Shown: in pieces, positions 1 to 12,215 of the stretch | How the letters are laid out: every line of letters starts with the position of its first letter | How positions within the stretch are numbered: the first letter of the stretch is position 1 | Assembly (NCBI GenBank): GCA_951406725.2 | Contig: OX597819.1 | Span: 95,852,001-95,916,000 of the forward strand | Source of the DNA: Octopus vulgaris | Taxonomy: Eukaryota | Reading direction: 5' to 3' | Length of the DNA: 64,000 nt | The notes under the pieces: generated by a model | The model's database searches: none | What the model was told of the DNA's origin: nothing | What the model saw: only the letters and a program-made list of their open reading frames with translations | Program-made: the position numbers and the translations under genes

Positions 1-591
1 TGTGGTAAATCATTCTCTGTAAATGGTAGTTTATCTTATCACAAACGTACACACACAGGGGAGAAACCATATCATTGTGATATCTGTGGTAAAACATTCT
101 CTCTGAATGGTAGTTTATCTTATCACAAACGTACACACACGGGAGAGTACCCATATCATTGTGGTATCTGTGGTAAATCATTTTCCCGGAGTGGTGGTTT
201 GTCTTACCACAAACTCGTTCACACTGGAGAGAAACCATACCACTGTGATATCTGTGGTCAAATGTTCTCTCACAGTGGCAGTTTGTCTTCTCACAAACGT
301 ATTCACACAGGAGAGAAACCATATCACTGTGATATCTGTGGTAGAACATTTTCACAGGGTGGTAGCTTGATATCTCACAGGCGAATCCATACTGGAGAGA
401 ACCCGTATTATTGTGATATTTGTGGTAAAACATTTTCTCAGAGCGGTGGCTTGTCTTACCATAAACTTGTTCATACAGGGAAAAAACCATACTGCTGTGA
501 TATCTGTGGGAAATCATTCTCTCAAAATTATAATTTATCTTCTCACAAACGTATCCACACTCGTGGGAAAGCATGCTATGATGGCATATGA
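1..591 (+). CDS. C2H2 zinc-finger array protein, 3' part (5' end lies outside the window)
   Basis: Frame 1 is open from base 1 (CGKSFSVNGSLSYHKRTHTGEKPYHCDIC...) to TGA at 589-591. About 7 tandem fingers with TGEKPY-type linkers. Confidence 0.9.
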   Translation, partial: CGKSFSVNGSLSYHKRTHTGEKPYHCDICGKTFSLNGSLSYHKRTHTGEYPYHCGICGKSFSRSGGLSYHKLVHTGEKPYHCDICGQMFSHSGSLSSHKRIHTGEKPYHCDICGRTFSQGGSLISHRRIHTGENPYYCDICGKTFSQSGGLSYHKLVHTGKKPYCCDICGKSFSQNYNLSSHKRIHTRGKACYDGI

Positions 592-845
592 ACAGTATGA
601 AATGATAATAAGTTAAAATGCAATATGAAGTGGTGACTTTTTGATCTGTAACAACTGCTACTTGAAGTAAATTGTGGAAAAAGAAACATTTTATGGAATA
701 AAATATGGCTTTACATGCTGTTGTAGATTTACAGTGCATTACTATTCATATTATTAACCCTGCTTTGTTAAAGAAGTTCTATTCATGTGAGTGTTAGGTG
801 GTGGTATGTAACAGGTGAACATATGTATGTACATGCAGAGTTTAG

Positions 846-1180
846 TGGCATCTTGGGCAAGTGTCTTCTACTATAGCCTCGGGCCAACCAAAACCTTGTG
901 AGTGGATTTGGTAGACAGAAACTGAAAGAAGCCCATCATATATATATATATATATTATACATACATACATAGGTATGCATGTGAGTGTTTGTGTTTCCCT
1001 GCCATCGCTTGACAACCAATGCTGGTGTGTTTATGTCTCTGTGACTTAGTGGTTTCGCAAAAGAGACCAATAGAATAAGTACTAGGCATATAAAGAATAA
1101 GTTCTGGGATCGATTTCTTTGACAAAAACCCTTTAAGGTGGTGTTCCAGCATGGCCGCAATCAACTGAAGCAATTAAAAG
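846..1180 (+). mobile_element. tRNA-headed SINE family A, 5'-truncated copy
   Basis: Matches the body and tail of the full copy at 2845-3240 (ggcatcttgggcaagtgtcttct...ggtgttccagcatggccgc). Confidence 0.8.
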
Positions 1181-2453
1181 ACTATATGTGTAGGTGTATG
1201 TAAAAGGTGAATATATGATTGTACCTGTACAGTTCTATATACGTGTGTGTAGATATATAAAAGATGTATATTCTACATTTATATACATCTATGTGTATAC
1301 ATGTGGAGTTCTAAATGTGTAGGTGTGTAAAAGGTGAATGTATATGTATGTACATGTACAGTTCTATATGGGTGTATGTAAAAAGTTGGTACATTTATTT
1401 ACATGCAGATTTCTAGGTATGTATAAAGTGGATATATTTTTGTACACATACAATCATATATGTATGAAGCATTTAGTAACAGACTCATAAGCTCCACAAC
1501 TTAAAAACAGAAAAATGCAGTCAAAGTTTTATGACTTTAGAATGCGATATCTGGGCAAGGAACAAAGTTAGGAAGCTGGTTTTGGTCTTAAAAAGACCAT
1601 GGAAACCTCCTCTAATCATTGCACCTGAGTAAAATTATTTATTTATGTGTGCATCTGAAACATGAAACAATGACTGCATCTTTCTCAGTTTGTAGAATAT
1701 ACCAGTACTATGAAATGGTTTATCACATTGCATATTTTAGCCATAATACCTAGAAAAAACATACAGAGACCCCACCACCACCAAAGATATTGTTTGTGTT
1801 TTAATATACTAAGGTATCTTTAAGAGATAACTATGACATGATAAGATAACCCATTATCGTTATGATGGTAGCGAGGAATATTAGAAAATGAGCCATAACA
1901 CTTCAAAAGACAATGCAGGGACCACACCAAAGTTATTGATTGAATGTGTGTGCTTACAATGGTATGTTACTAAACTTTCTGGTTTGAGTTTGGGTGAGCA
2001 AACGTTGAGGTACAATTTTTTTCAGCCAGATTTTCAACATTATTGCAAGCCTCACTGGTTCTTCCAACTTTTTGGGATTCTAGACATTGAGACAAAGAAA
2101 ATGATACACTAACCTCGAAAATGGCTGGGGTGGTGCTTACAACACTCTGTTACTAAACACCTCATATATTCTCCAAATATATTTCTCATCTTTTTCTACT
2201 ACTTTTTTCCTTTTACTCTGCTTTATTTTTCTTTCTGTCACTTTCCTTCCTTTTCCCCTCCTATATCATACTTTTTTCTACATCATCACACTCTATGACT
2301 ACAAAACTACATATAATTGTGTAAACCCCATCAATTTTCTAATCATAACTTGCCTGAGTAGCAAGAGACTGAACAACCAAAATAAAATATTAATCTCTAC
2401 CATGGTAACAAATACTTTTTTACCAACATTTAATACTGAACAACATATATCAG

Positions 2454-2698
2454 CATCATCATCGTTTAACACCTGTTTTCCATGCTAGCATGGGTTGGAT
2501 GGTTTGACCAGGGTCTGGGAAGCCAGGAGGCTGCACCAAGCTCCAGTCTGATTTGGCAGTGTTTCTACAGCTGGATGCCCTTCCTAATGCCAACCACTCC
2601 GTGAGTGTAGTGGGTGCTTTTTACGTGCCACCGGCACAGGTGCCAGGGGAGGCTGGCAACAGCCATGATTGGTTGGTGCTTTTTATGTGCCACCGACA
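2454..2698 (-). mobile_element. RTE LINE 3'-tail copy (family C)
   Basis: Reverse complement ends ...catgctagcatggaaaacaggtgttaaac(gat)n. The same tail follows RTE coding sequence at 35241-38660. Confidence 0.8.
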
Positions 2699-2844
2699 TG
2701 ATATATATATATACACATAAACTTTTGTCTAAATTATGTAAAAATGAAAATAACGCTGACATCTCATTTTAACATATATTTATCAAAATTACATAAAAAT
2801 ATCTTGAAATACTACAGAGTAAATTTATTCAATAAAAATCACCA

Positions 2845-3240
2845 GGCGCAGGAGTGGCTGTTTGGTAAGTAGCTTGCTAACCAACCACATGGTTCCGGGT
2901 TCAGTCCCACTACGTGGCATCTTGGGCACGTGTCTTCTGCTATAGCCCCGGGCCGACCAATGCCTTGTGAGTGGATTTGGTAGACGGAAACTGAAAGAAG
3001 CCTGTCGTATATATATATAAGTGTGTGTGAATATGTTTGTGTGTCTGTGTTTGTTCCCCTAGCATTGCTTGACAACCGATGCTGGTGTGTTTACGTCCCC
3101 GTCACTTAGCGGTTCGACAAAAGAGACCGATAGAATAAGTACTGGGCTTACAAAGAATAAGTCCCGGGGTCGATTTGCTCGACTAAAGGCGGTGCTCCAG
3201 CATGGCCGCAGTCAAATGACTGAAACAAGTAAAGTAAAAA
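2845..3240 (+). mobile_element. tRNA-headed SINE family A, full-length
   Basis: Pol III A-box-like TGGCTGTTTGG (2855-2865) and B-box-like GGTTCAGTCC (2898-2907). Internal TA/TG microsatellite. Several copies in the window. Confidence 0.85.
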
Positions 3241-3249
3241 AAAAGAGTA

Positions 3250-3880
3250 TTGGCTGCAACCATGGCATCCAGACTCCTCTGGAATCTCCTGCAACTCTTC
3301 TGGACGATCTCCTTGTTTATGTTGGTGAATGCTGCCATAATCCTTGCCATCAGCTTATCTTTGGTGTTACTGGTCTCTTGTTCAACTGTGCCCCACACAT
3401 GATAATCAAGGGCATTGCAGTGTGGGGTGTTAGGTGACCAGATGTTTGGGGGTGATGTGGTCGTAGTAATTGCCTGACAGCCATGGCTGGGTTCTCCTGC
3501 TTGTGTGGCATGGTGCAGAGCTCTTGCAAGACACAGGATCTTCCAACAGCCACCATCTTCACCCAGGGCAGCACTACCTCCACCAGTCACTTGATGTAGG
3601 CCTCCATGTTGAGTGTGAAACTGTTTGGGAAGCTGAATGGAGGCATAACGTTGCCATCACTAGTGATCACTGCAGACACCATGATGATGATTGAATGTTT
3701 TGATTTTTATCACTCTCAGCACAAATTTTTTCACTTCTGATGTGATTTTTATAACTTCTGGCACGAATGCCAAGCAGTACAGCATGTCATTTCCAAATTT
3801 CTGGCAGAGTGAATTGCATCATGGTGCTGTTTTTCTTGCAGACCATGCCCAACTGACCCTACTATATTGTGTAGTTGACA
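3250..3880 (-). mobile_element. Tc1/mariner-superfamily transposase remnant (maT/DD37D-like C-terminus)
   Basis: Translation PNIWSPNTPHCNALDYHVWGTVE...KSCRRFQRSLDAMVAAN resembles the WPPNSPDLNPLDYxVW motif and C-terminal helix. Frameshifted. Confidence 0.7.
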
Positions 3881-6609
3881 AAATCAAAAACAATGCGCAT
3901 GCACGAAATTAAAAATATAAAATGGCAACAAGTTACCCATCACATCCTGTATATGTGTATGTATACACACACGATGTGAGTGAGAAGTAGGGGAGGAAAT
4001 GGTGAAGTCTTTTTTATATGTTGTAAAACAATTTCTGTATTTTGAGAAGATGCATAGCACTTTTACAAAAATATTTGTGATACAAATTAACAACTAGTAA
4101 CCAAGTTTGGATCATAGAAATTACTGTGTTGTATAAGACATACCTTTTTAATATCAGCTATATCCAAAAGTTGCCTTGCATCTAATGTGGCTGAACTATG
4201 AATGTGGAATCAAGTGCCATAGGCCATGAAGCTAGTTGTCTGTACACCAGCTTGATACAATAGTTGCTACTAATAATAAAGTACTGAAAACAAGCCAAAT
4301 TATCACAGCCTGCTAGCATAAACTTATGAAAAATTGCTTAGAGTACATCAGCAGTTATGTGGGAAGTCACATCATCTCATTACACCTTCCTCCTCAACAT
4401 ACACAATCTACACCTGATTTATCTCTTACATTATTTAATTATCTTGTTACCTTTTAGCTATCCAAGTGAAAAATTCTAGAAAGATGAAAGGAATATTAAA
4501 TTTTCATCTGCCTTTCAGCTATTTGCTATGAGTGGATAAAAGCAAAGCCATAGTTGTGGTGTGCCATTCTTGCAGCTGACTGCAGTTACACAAAAAAAAA
4601 AAAAAATCTCAGCGCAAAATATGAATTTTATATCCTCTATGGCAATTCTCTTGACCAAAATATAAGCAACTATGCACTTGATTTGAAAGAAGATAAAGTT
4701 CAAACATAGTACTCCCATAACATTTATGATAAATATAAGGTTTTGTATTCAGATATACTGTTACAATATTATAGTTATAAGCATAGAACCATACATTTTA
4801 CCCCTACAAACTACTTTAAGATATCTTTTAATAAGTGTATAATGAAGCATACTAAATTTCAATTTTTTAAATTAAATATACTTGTAAAATAGAGGGGTGT
4901 CTTATATGCTAGCAAATACAGTCAGCTTTAACAAAACAGACTTCCATTGCAGCTAACACATGTAGATGTAAATGTTCACTTTTCATTATTTACATTTCAT
5001 CAAGGCCATATAAATAACAGGACACCTAAAAAATATATAGCATAAAACAATAGTTATATTTAAAAATAAAATAAATCTACAAATGATGCTTTTAATATTG
5101 TGAAAATGTTCTTTTATGTCCTTGAATTTGGATATCTGGAATCGGGATTATCCTCCCTTTAGTAGCTTCATCAAGGGAATTGTTTTTTTCTTTATCACAT
5201 ATCTTTTTGTCTGTTCATTTCAAATGTAAAATTATTTCTGCCCTTTCATCAATATTGTAATATCCTCCTTTTCAGGTTAGACTAGAATGTTTGTACTTTG
5301 ACTTAATTCATCTGAAGAATGTCATTGTGGTAAGCCCCTTGATACTGGAGGTCATCATGAATTATCATAGTGACTTAATGTAGGTAATATTGGTTGTGCC
5401 AACAAGATAAACTTGATCATTAAGTGAGCCCTAAACCAGGATAATTATTGTTTCAACTATGGAGTCATTGGGATTGTCAAGAGATAATGTGAAGAGGCTT
5501 GATGGACTCACTCTTTACCCTTGGGTTTGAAGCAGATACTTCATACAGACACTGCAGTTAGCAGTACATTGGCTCCATCACACATCCTTAATGCAGTGAT
5601 GGAGGTGAGGGTTTCAATATCAGTAACTGGATGAAATAAGGCACTAAAATACTGTAATTTGTTGGCAAATTCAATCTGGCTTTTGAGATGTGAATTGCTG
5701 GGCCACTAACAAGGAAGCCTTATGTATTAAAATGATGCTTGGGACAGTGCCTGACTGTTTCAGTACTTCAGCCTCACCATCACCCACAGTAATACCATGT
5801 TTTAGGGATGTCTCAAAAGTGCTTCTCTTTGATGAATAATTGAATGGAGTGTGCATGTCTTTAGTTATAATTTTATCATTTAATCATACTGAGAACTGAG
5901 TAAATAGAGGACTTAGGCAATTATCTGAAGAATCAACTGTAAAAATTCTGTCCTGTATCCATATAATTCCACTGTCCATTTTGCTCTATGTAGGTACCAC
6001 ATGATGGGTTGACTCAACATCGGTAGAGATTGCAGCAAAGTGAAACTGATGAGTGTTGAATTAATTCTCAGTACTGGAATGAGAGGGAGGGGTTCTTGCA
6101 GAATGAGACCAAGATATAAACACAGTGTGGCTGCTCACCATCACACGAGTGTAATCACACTGGAAACTACTTCAAAACAGATTTTGAAGCCGAGCTTAAA
6201 GTCAACAGGCATTATTTGCCAACAGATTATCAGAGCCATTATCACAATAGTTGTATAAAGTATAATCTAGTAATTTTGTGGGGAAACATCTCTTATAAGA
6301 TGTTATATAGTAGATGTCACTGGTGTTTAGTGAAATTAACTGAAGAGAATATATGAGAAAGTCAATGACTATTGAAAAGGTTGCAAGATGCAACAAAAAT
6401 TTTAGAAAAAATAAATAGGTAAATGAGTGGAAATTGAACTGGTGTGTGAAATAATAAGACATTAAAAGATAATGACTCTTCTCAGACACAATAAAATATA
6501 TGAGATAGTTTTGCTGAAAAACTGATACAATAACTTCAGGTTCTGTTTGAAATAACAAGAAAATATTTTAGTCTCTCAAAAATGACTTATGTGTCTGGAT
6601 TCAATTCTC

Positions 6610-6740
6610 ATCATTGTTTAACGTCTGCTTTCCATGCTAGCATAGGTTGGACGATTTGACTGAGGACTGGCAAACCAGATGCCAGGCACCAATCAGATCT
6701 GGCAGGAGCCTGGTGCAGCCATCAGGTTCGCCATCTCAGT
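6610..6740 (-). mobile_element. RTE 3'-tail fragment (family C)
   Basis: catcattgtttaacgtctgctttccatgctagcatagg... matches family C. Confidence 0.65.
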
Positions 6741-7719
6741 TAATTGGCATACAAATGGGAACACGTTACTACACCTCTTTTCAGTAATCTTAAAATATAC
6801 ACTCTTTTTTGATAACCCATCCTTATGTTCTTCCTTACCTTCCCAATTTTATGTTAAGTCCATTTATATCTAGTTTTACTCTCAGCTCATTTGAGATGTT
6901 ACTCATGCATTCTGATATCACACATTCAGTGGAGTATGTTTGCTTTATTTCTTTCTGGTTGTCATAAACCTTCTCACTATGATGGAGCATCACTAAAACT
7001 TTGCTAGAGCTCTGATGGATCCCTATCTGCATTCTAAATTCAATGTTGTACCTTGTTGACAGCACTTCTGTACATCTCTCACAAACCATTCACCAGCTCT
7101 TACTGCTTTTTGCAACAGTCAGATGTGAAAGTATGAACCCCATCAAAGTTTTTCCAGGTCAACAAATACCAAGTATTGGAGCTTGTTCCTAGATAAGTAT
7201 TTCTGCACTTGCCTCGCTAGCATAATGACATTGGTAGTGTTCTTCATAATCAAGTTTGCTATAACTCTGTGTAAATTTCACCTTCGTTAGTCCATCAATA
7301 TGAAACCTCTCCTCTTTAAAACATCATTGCTTTGTAGCAGTCTACAAAGCTATTGCTACACCAACATTTGGGTGTGACACCTTTCTGTGTTATTATAGCC
7401 AACAAGAGAGATTTGAAGTGATATAAAAATGTTAACTTCATAAAATATATTTCATAAAATTCTATTACATTTATAACATTGCGAGATTTATGAGATATTT
7501 TCTCTTTGTCTTATGACTAACATTTACATTTAAGTATTTGGTTTATTCTTTGTAAGTATTCAGAATAAAGCTTAACATTATCTTCAGTAAAAGTCATATC
7601 TTTTTCAAAAGGTCATTATTTGATTAGACAACAAAACAGTTTCAGTATCAGAAAATAAACATCAAGAGAATTAAATTTCATTGAATACATGGCAAGCATT
7701 TGTGGTTTATCAAACATTA

Positions 7720-8057
7720 TTGGTAAACGCCCACAAAGTTGTCAACCACCTCACCAATAACAACACTGAACACCTTTTTGATCTCCATGTGTCTAACACA
7801 CGTGGACATGCCTACAAAGTCAGAAAACAACACAGCTCCCATGACTTTCGGAAACATTTCTTCACACTCAGAGTTGCTGAAGCATGGAATAAACTGCCTG
7901 CGTCAGTTGTTGACTGCCATGACACTGCATCCTTTAAGGCCCTCATGCTTTCCGAAATCCGTCGAAACTACACCTGATTATATATACACTTTCGATGAGT
8001 TGTAGTGCACCTGAGCACTGTACACAATGTTTTTTATTATTATTATTATTATTATTA
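7720..8057 (+). mobile_element. CR1/L2-group LINE 3' end
   Basis: ORF2 C-terminal motif TRGHAYKV...RKHFFTLRVAEAWNKLPASVV...ASFK, then a short 3' UTR and a (TTA)n tail. Confidence 0.85.
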
Positions 8058-8184
8058 CAAAAGTGTGAACTTATCAAAGAGGTTAAGTTTCTATTATGAT
8101 CCAAAGTGAAGCAGACACAATATTTTCTAGTTTATAAATTCCTGATCAGTTGAAGGGAGAAAACTGAATATAATTTTGAATGGC

Positions 8185-8302
8185 TTACATTGATCCCGTG
8201 TTCAACTGATATTTATTTTATTGATCCTGATGGAATTTGAACTCAGAACATAGACGGACAAAATATTGCTAAGCCTAGTGTGCTAACGATTCTGCCGGCT
8301 TA
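8185..8302 (-). mobile_element. SINE family B fragment
   Basis: Matches the family B copy at 17066-17282 with an internal deletion. Confidence 0.6.
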
Positions 8303-8867
8303 ATTTAATCTATCAATTTTAGTAATATTAATATGAGTTTATTTCCATATATCAAAATGGTGAATAGCATTATCTATCACAGGGAACCAATGATATGAAC
8401 TACTAACAAGTTTAATTGATGCGAGTTAATGTGTTGAATAGCAAATGAAGATATATCATAACTTTAAACAATACTCTTAGACAATGAATTAGTAACATTC
8501 TCTGTGCCCTACTTGCCTATTCTACTTTTAATCTTTTTACCAATCTTAACAATCCTGCAGAGAGAAAGAAAAGTGTAGTTATCTATTGCAGTTAACCTGA
8601 GTGAATGAGACAATTGGAGAAAAATTATTGATAATAATGGTAGAGCTATATATATGATATGACCCCAAAGATTATATATTGATATATCATAATGAAGTGT
8701 CAGTAGTACTTGGTGTTACAATTAGTTTCATTGACTTTGGTAGAATCTGCAGATTCACAAGTTGAGTCTCATACCATACTGAGTGCCAACTAAACATCTC
8801 AAGTTCTTGAAAATCTAAAAGATTATCATGAACTTGAGCTATATAATATAATAGCTACAGCAGCTGG

Positions 8868-9121
8868 TAGTACAACAGGGCTAAACCCATCTTATCAACT
8901 ATGGCAAGTCAGTGACTATTATAGCTAAGGATAAGGGATTGATCTTTTTATAAGGTATAAGGGTAGTCATTCATTTAATCTTTGCCTGTAATAATAGTAC
9001 AACAGGGCTAAACCCATCTTTTCAACTATGGCAATTCAGTGACTATTATAGCTAAGGATAAGGGATTGATATTTTTATAAGGTATAATGGTAGTCATTCA
9101 TTTAATCTTTGCCTGTAATAT
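8868..9121. repeat. Tandem duplication, 2 x 127 bp
   Basis: tagtacaacagggctaaacccatctt...ctttgcctgtaata occurs at 8868 and 8995, nearly identical. Confidence 0.9.
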
Positions 9122-10057
9122 TGCACTTCTGGCAATAGTTATTCAAAATAATTCATAATGGCAAGAATGGAATTGGTCTTAACAGCAGGAATAAACAAAC
9201 GTTGCTAGGCGGCCACTATGTAAGCATAGATAATATCATTGAACAAATGACTAAAAAATATCAAAATGTCCATTGGCCTGCAGAATTTTACTAGTGAAGT
9301 TATATGAGCATTATCACTAAAACCAAGCTACTTAAATGTCTCAGGTGTATAAGTTACTAGACCCACTATTTTTAGGCTCGTATAAGTTAAGTATGGAAGC
9401 AGTTTTATTAAACACTAGTTTCTCGTAGTGTTTTCTGTAGTAATCGATTCTGTAAAATAATATTTAACTGCCCCCGCCCCCCAAAATAATATCCAATAAA
9501 TATTATAAGATTATAATTTACACACAAATATAATTTTTAACAAATGCCATTAAAAAGATTTTACATGAATTCCTCAGTAATTTCTTGTTTTGTTTTATGT
9601 CTGTTTACAAACAATGTTTTCGATAAATCATCTCAATTTCCTCCTATATATATTTAACATGGCTTTTAAAAGAGAAAATTTACCACAAATTTCACACCTG
9701 AGAAGTGTTTTTTCCAGTCACAATACCAGATTGAACCTCTGTATAAAACTACAAATAGATCTTTTTCTGGCGTCTATTTGTGGTATACATACGAACACAA
9801 AATGTTTCCCATATTTCACACTTGTTTTCTTTAGTCTGTAGTCACCTGTGAATTAGAAGTGTTATGGTCGGTTACCACTGAATGAATCCCCGTATATTTC
9901 ACACATTAGTACAGATTTTTGTTTGTGTACTCATTTGTCAACAAGTTTGTAATTCACAAATATTTTTAATGAAATGTTTCTCAAACAAGAACACATTTCT
10001 AGACTATAATATGAGAAGTCACAAAATATTTCATCATGCTAAATGTTTTTCTAAGCG

Positions 10058-10314
10058 TACTTGTTAGTATAGTATCGCTGAGGATACATCGAAGAGGCCA
10101 GAGAACAGAAGAAAGAAGACATGCACCCAACACCAGAGCTGAAGACACCTCCGAAAGGAGGGGCCCCGCCACGTCAAAACGGTAGAGGAGTAGGGACCGA
10201 AACCGGACGTGGTTCCTTCTGATGATGTCTTGAGCTAACTGGATCCTATAAAGGAGCTGTTGTGGTAGCAGACCACGAAACACGGTTGTAATTCCTTAGT
10301 TCCGATATGCAACA
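10058..10314. mobile_element. 257-bp GC-rich insertion with 5-bp TSD (solo LTR-like or unclassified)
   Basis: AAGCG at 10053-10057 and 10315-10319. Absent from the paralogous 3' UTR near 18030. Right end ...AACA, and TGTT lies 4 nt inside the left end. Confidence 0.65.
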
Positions 10315-10323
10315 AAGCGATTT

Positions 10324-11409
10324 TTATGCTTCACAAATAAAAGACTTCCCTCTAGTTTGCATTTGTTTGTGTCTTTTTAAGTGACTCTTGGTGAGAAAAG
10401 ATTTCCCACACATTTCACAATGATAAGGCTTTTGTCCAGTGTGTCTACGTTTGTGAACGACAAGATTAGAATTATCAGAGAATGATTTACCACAGATTTC
10501 ACAATGAAAAGGTCTTTCCCCACTGTGTATTATTTTGTGTCTAGTTAAATTACTCTTATCGACGAACGACTTGCCACAGATTTCACAATGATATGGTTTC
10601 TCCCCAGTATGACTACGTTTGTGAACTATAAGATGAGAATTAACATTGAATGATTTCCCACAGATTTCACAATGAAACGGGTTTTCCCCCGTATGAATAA
10701 TTTTGTGCCTTTTTAAGAGGCTGCTAGTTATAAACGATTTTCCACAGGTTTCACAGTGGAAAGGTTTTTCACCAGTATGTATTTTTTTGTGTTTTGATAA
10801 ATAACTATTATCGACAAAATATTTCCCACATATTTCACAGTGAAACGGTTTTTCTCCAGTGTGACTACGTATATGGATAATAAGATTCGAATTCTTCATG
10901 AAAGACTTTTCACAGACTTCACAGTTGAATAGTTTTTCTCCGTTGTGCATGGTTTTATGACTTGTTAAACTACTGTTTGAGGGGAAAGATTTTCCACATA
11001 TTTCACAAAGATAAGGCTTTTCTCCCGTATGAATTCTTCTGTGTGTCTTTAAAATACTGTTATTAACGAAAGATTTCCCGCATATTTCACAGTGGAAGGG
11101 TTTTTCTCCGGTGTGACTACGTATATGAATAATAAGATGAGAATTCTGAATAAATGATTTACCACAAATTTCACAGTGAAACGATTTTTCCTTATTGTGT
11201 ACTTTCTTGTGTGTGAAGACTTCTTGTTCTGAAGGGAATGTTTTCCTACAAATATTACAATGGTATTCACCAACATTCCTGTGTAATAATCTTTGTATAG
11301 TACATGTTTCACTATGTAAAGGTTTCTCACTGTTTTGTGTCTGCATGACTGAATCTACATTGTTTAAAACTGTCATGTTAGAAGAGTCCAAATGATCAAC
11401 GTCTTCCAT
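10324..11409 (-). CDS. C2H2 zinc-finger protein, 361 aa, 11 fingers (last one degenerate)
   Basis: ATG at 11409 (MEDVDHLD...). A splice acceptor ttgtttaag|aattcc lies 18 nt upstream. Uninterrupted finger array. Confidence 0.9.
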   Translation of the reverse strand: MEDVDHLDSSNMTVLNNVDSVMQTQNSEKPLHSETCTIQRLLHRNVGEYHCNICRKTFPSEQEVFTHKKVHNKEKSFHCEICGKSFIQNSHLIIHIRSHTGEKPFHCEICGKSFVNNSILKTHRRIHTGEKPYLCEICGKSFPSNSSLTSHKTMHNGEKLFNCEVCEKSFMKNSNLIIHIRSHTGEKPFHCEICGKYFVDNSYLSKHKKIHTGEKPFHCETCGKSFITSSLLKRHKIIHTGENPFHCEICGKSFNVNSHLIVHKRSHTGEKPYHCEICGKSFVDKSNLTRHKIIHSGERPFHCEICGKSFSDNSNLVVHKRRHTGQKPYHCEMCGKSFLTKSHLKRHKQMQTRGKSFICEA

Positions 11410-12215
11410 ATTAGTTCTCGAGGAATTCTTAAACAAAAACAACAACAACAAAAACTACGAAATGTCTATTAAAATAATCTATTATGGTTCATAGATTTCA
11501 TGATACTGTGTTTACATGATACAATTAAATTGACTGAATTAATTACAATTAAGTAAGCAGTATCAGTGACAATGTTTCGCTCAACAAAATAAGACCGGTG
11601 ACATAAGTTAAAAGTTCCTAACATAATTTAAAACATTCAAAATACCGTCAGTTATATTCAACTCATTATAAAACATGACACAACATAATATTTATTACGT
11701 ATCAACGACAGAGGATCTGAAACCCTATAAAAGTATCAGCCAAATTCCTTTCAAATTGTGCCCTTGCGTCTTAAAAAATGTGATGGGGGTGGGAATAAAA
11801 GATTCAACAGAGTAGTTCTCGATAATAAAAATAAATGCAATAAGTATGATAGTTTGCCGGATCGCGTTCACTAGAGATCGAACAACTTCGTCTTGGCGTA
11901 TATTTCATTCAAAATGAATAGCCACTAATTAAATTTAAATGTACAGTGATCTGATCAATGAGCATTCATGACCATACATCCATCCCCAACTACGTGTGTG
12001 TGTTTGTGTATATAATGGTTTCAAGGAAGCTATAAGATGTTGCACAAGCACTCGGCTCTGAGTGCACTGCTTCTTATAGCAGAAACAGGTGTAAGTTAAT
12101 GAAGTAGATTATGTGCCCCTTGCTCCCTTGTCATTTAATAATTAACACTACACTCATACTCGTAGTTATTTGTATCGCTATGCTTAGGCGAAATTATCAC
12201 ATGCGCGCGCACACA

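Noticed and set aside
107-616. Alternative-frame and antisense ORFs over ZNF exons (also 18034-20940 and 26649-26951)
   Set aside because: Shadow ORFs of the periodic finger codons.
2845-2915. tRNA gene
   Set aside because: The A and B boxes belong to a SINE head that continues into a multicopy body. No full cloverleaf.
6338-6375. CTGAAGA...GAAA as a hammerhead (similarly 27452 and 56958)
   Set aside because: No stem II or stem III pairing. Other CTGATGA hits at 22742, 38342 and 43784 are RT (A)DD codons.
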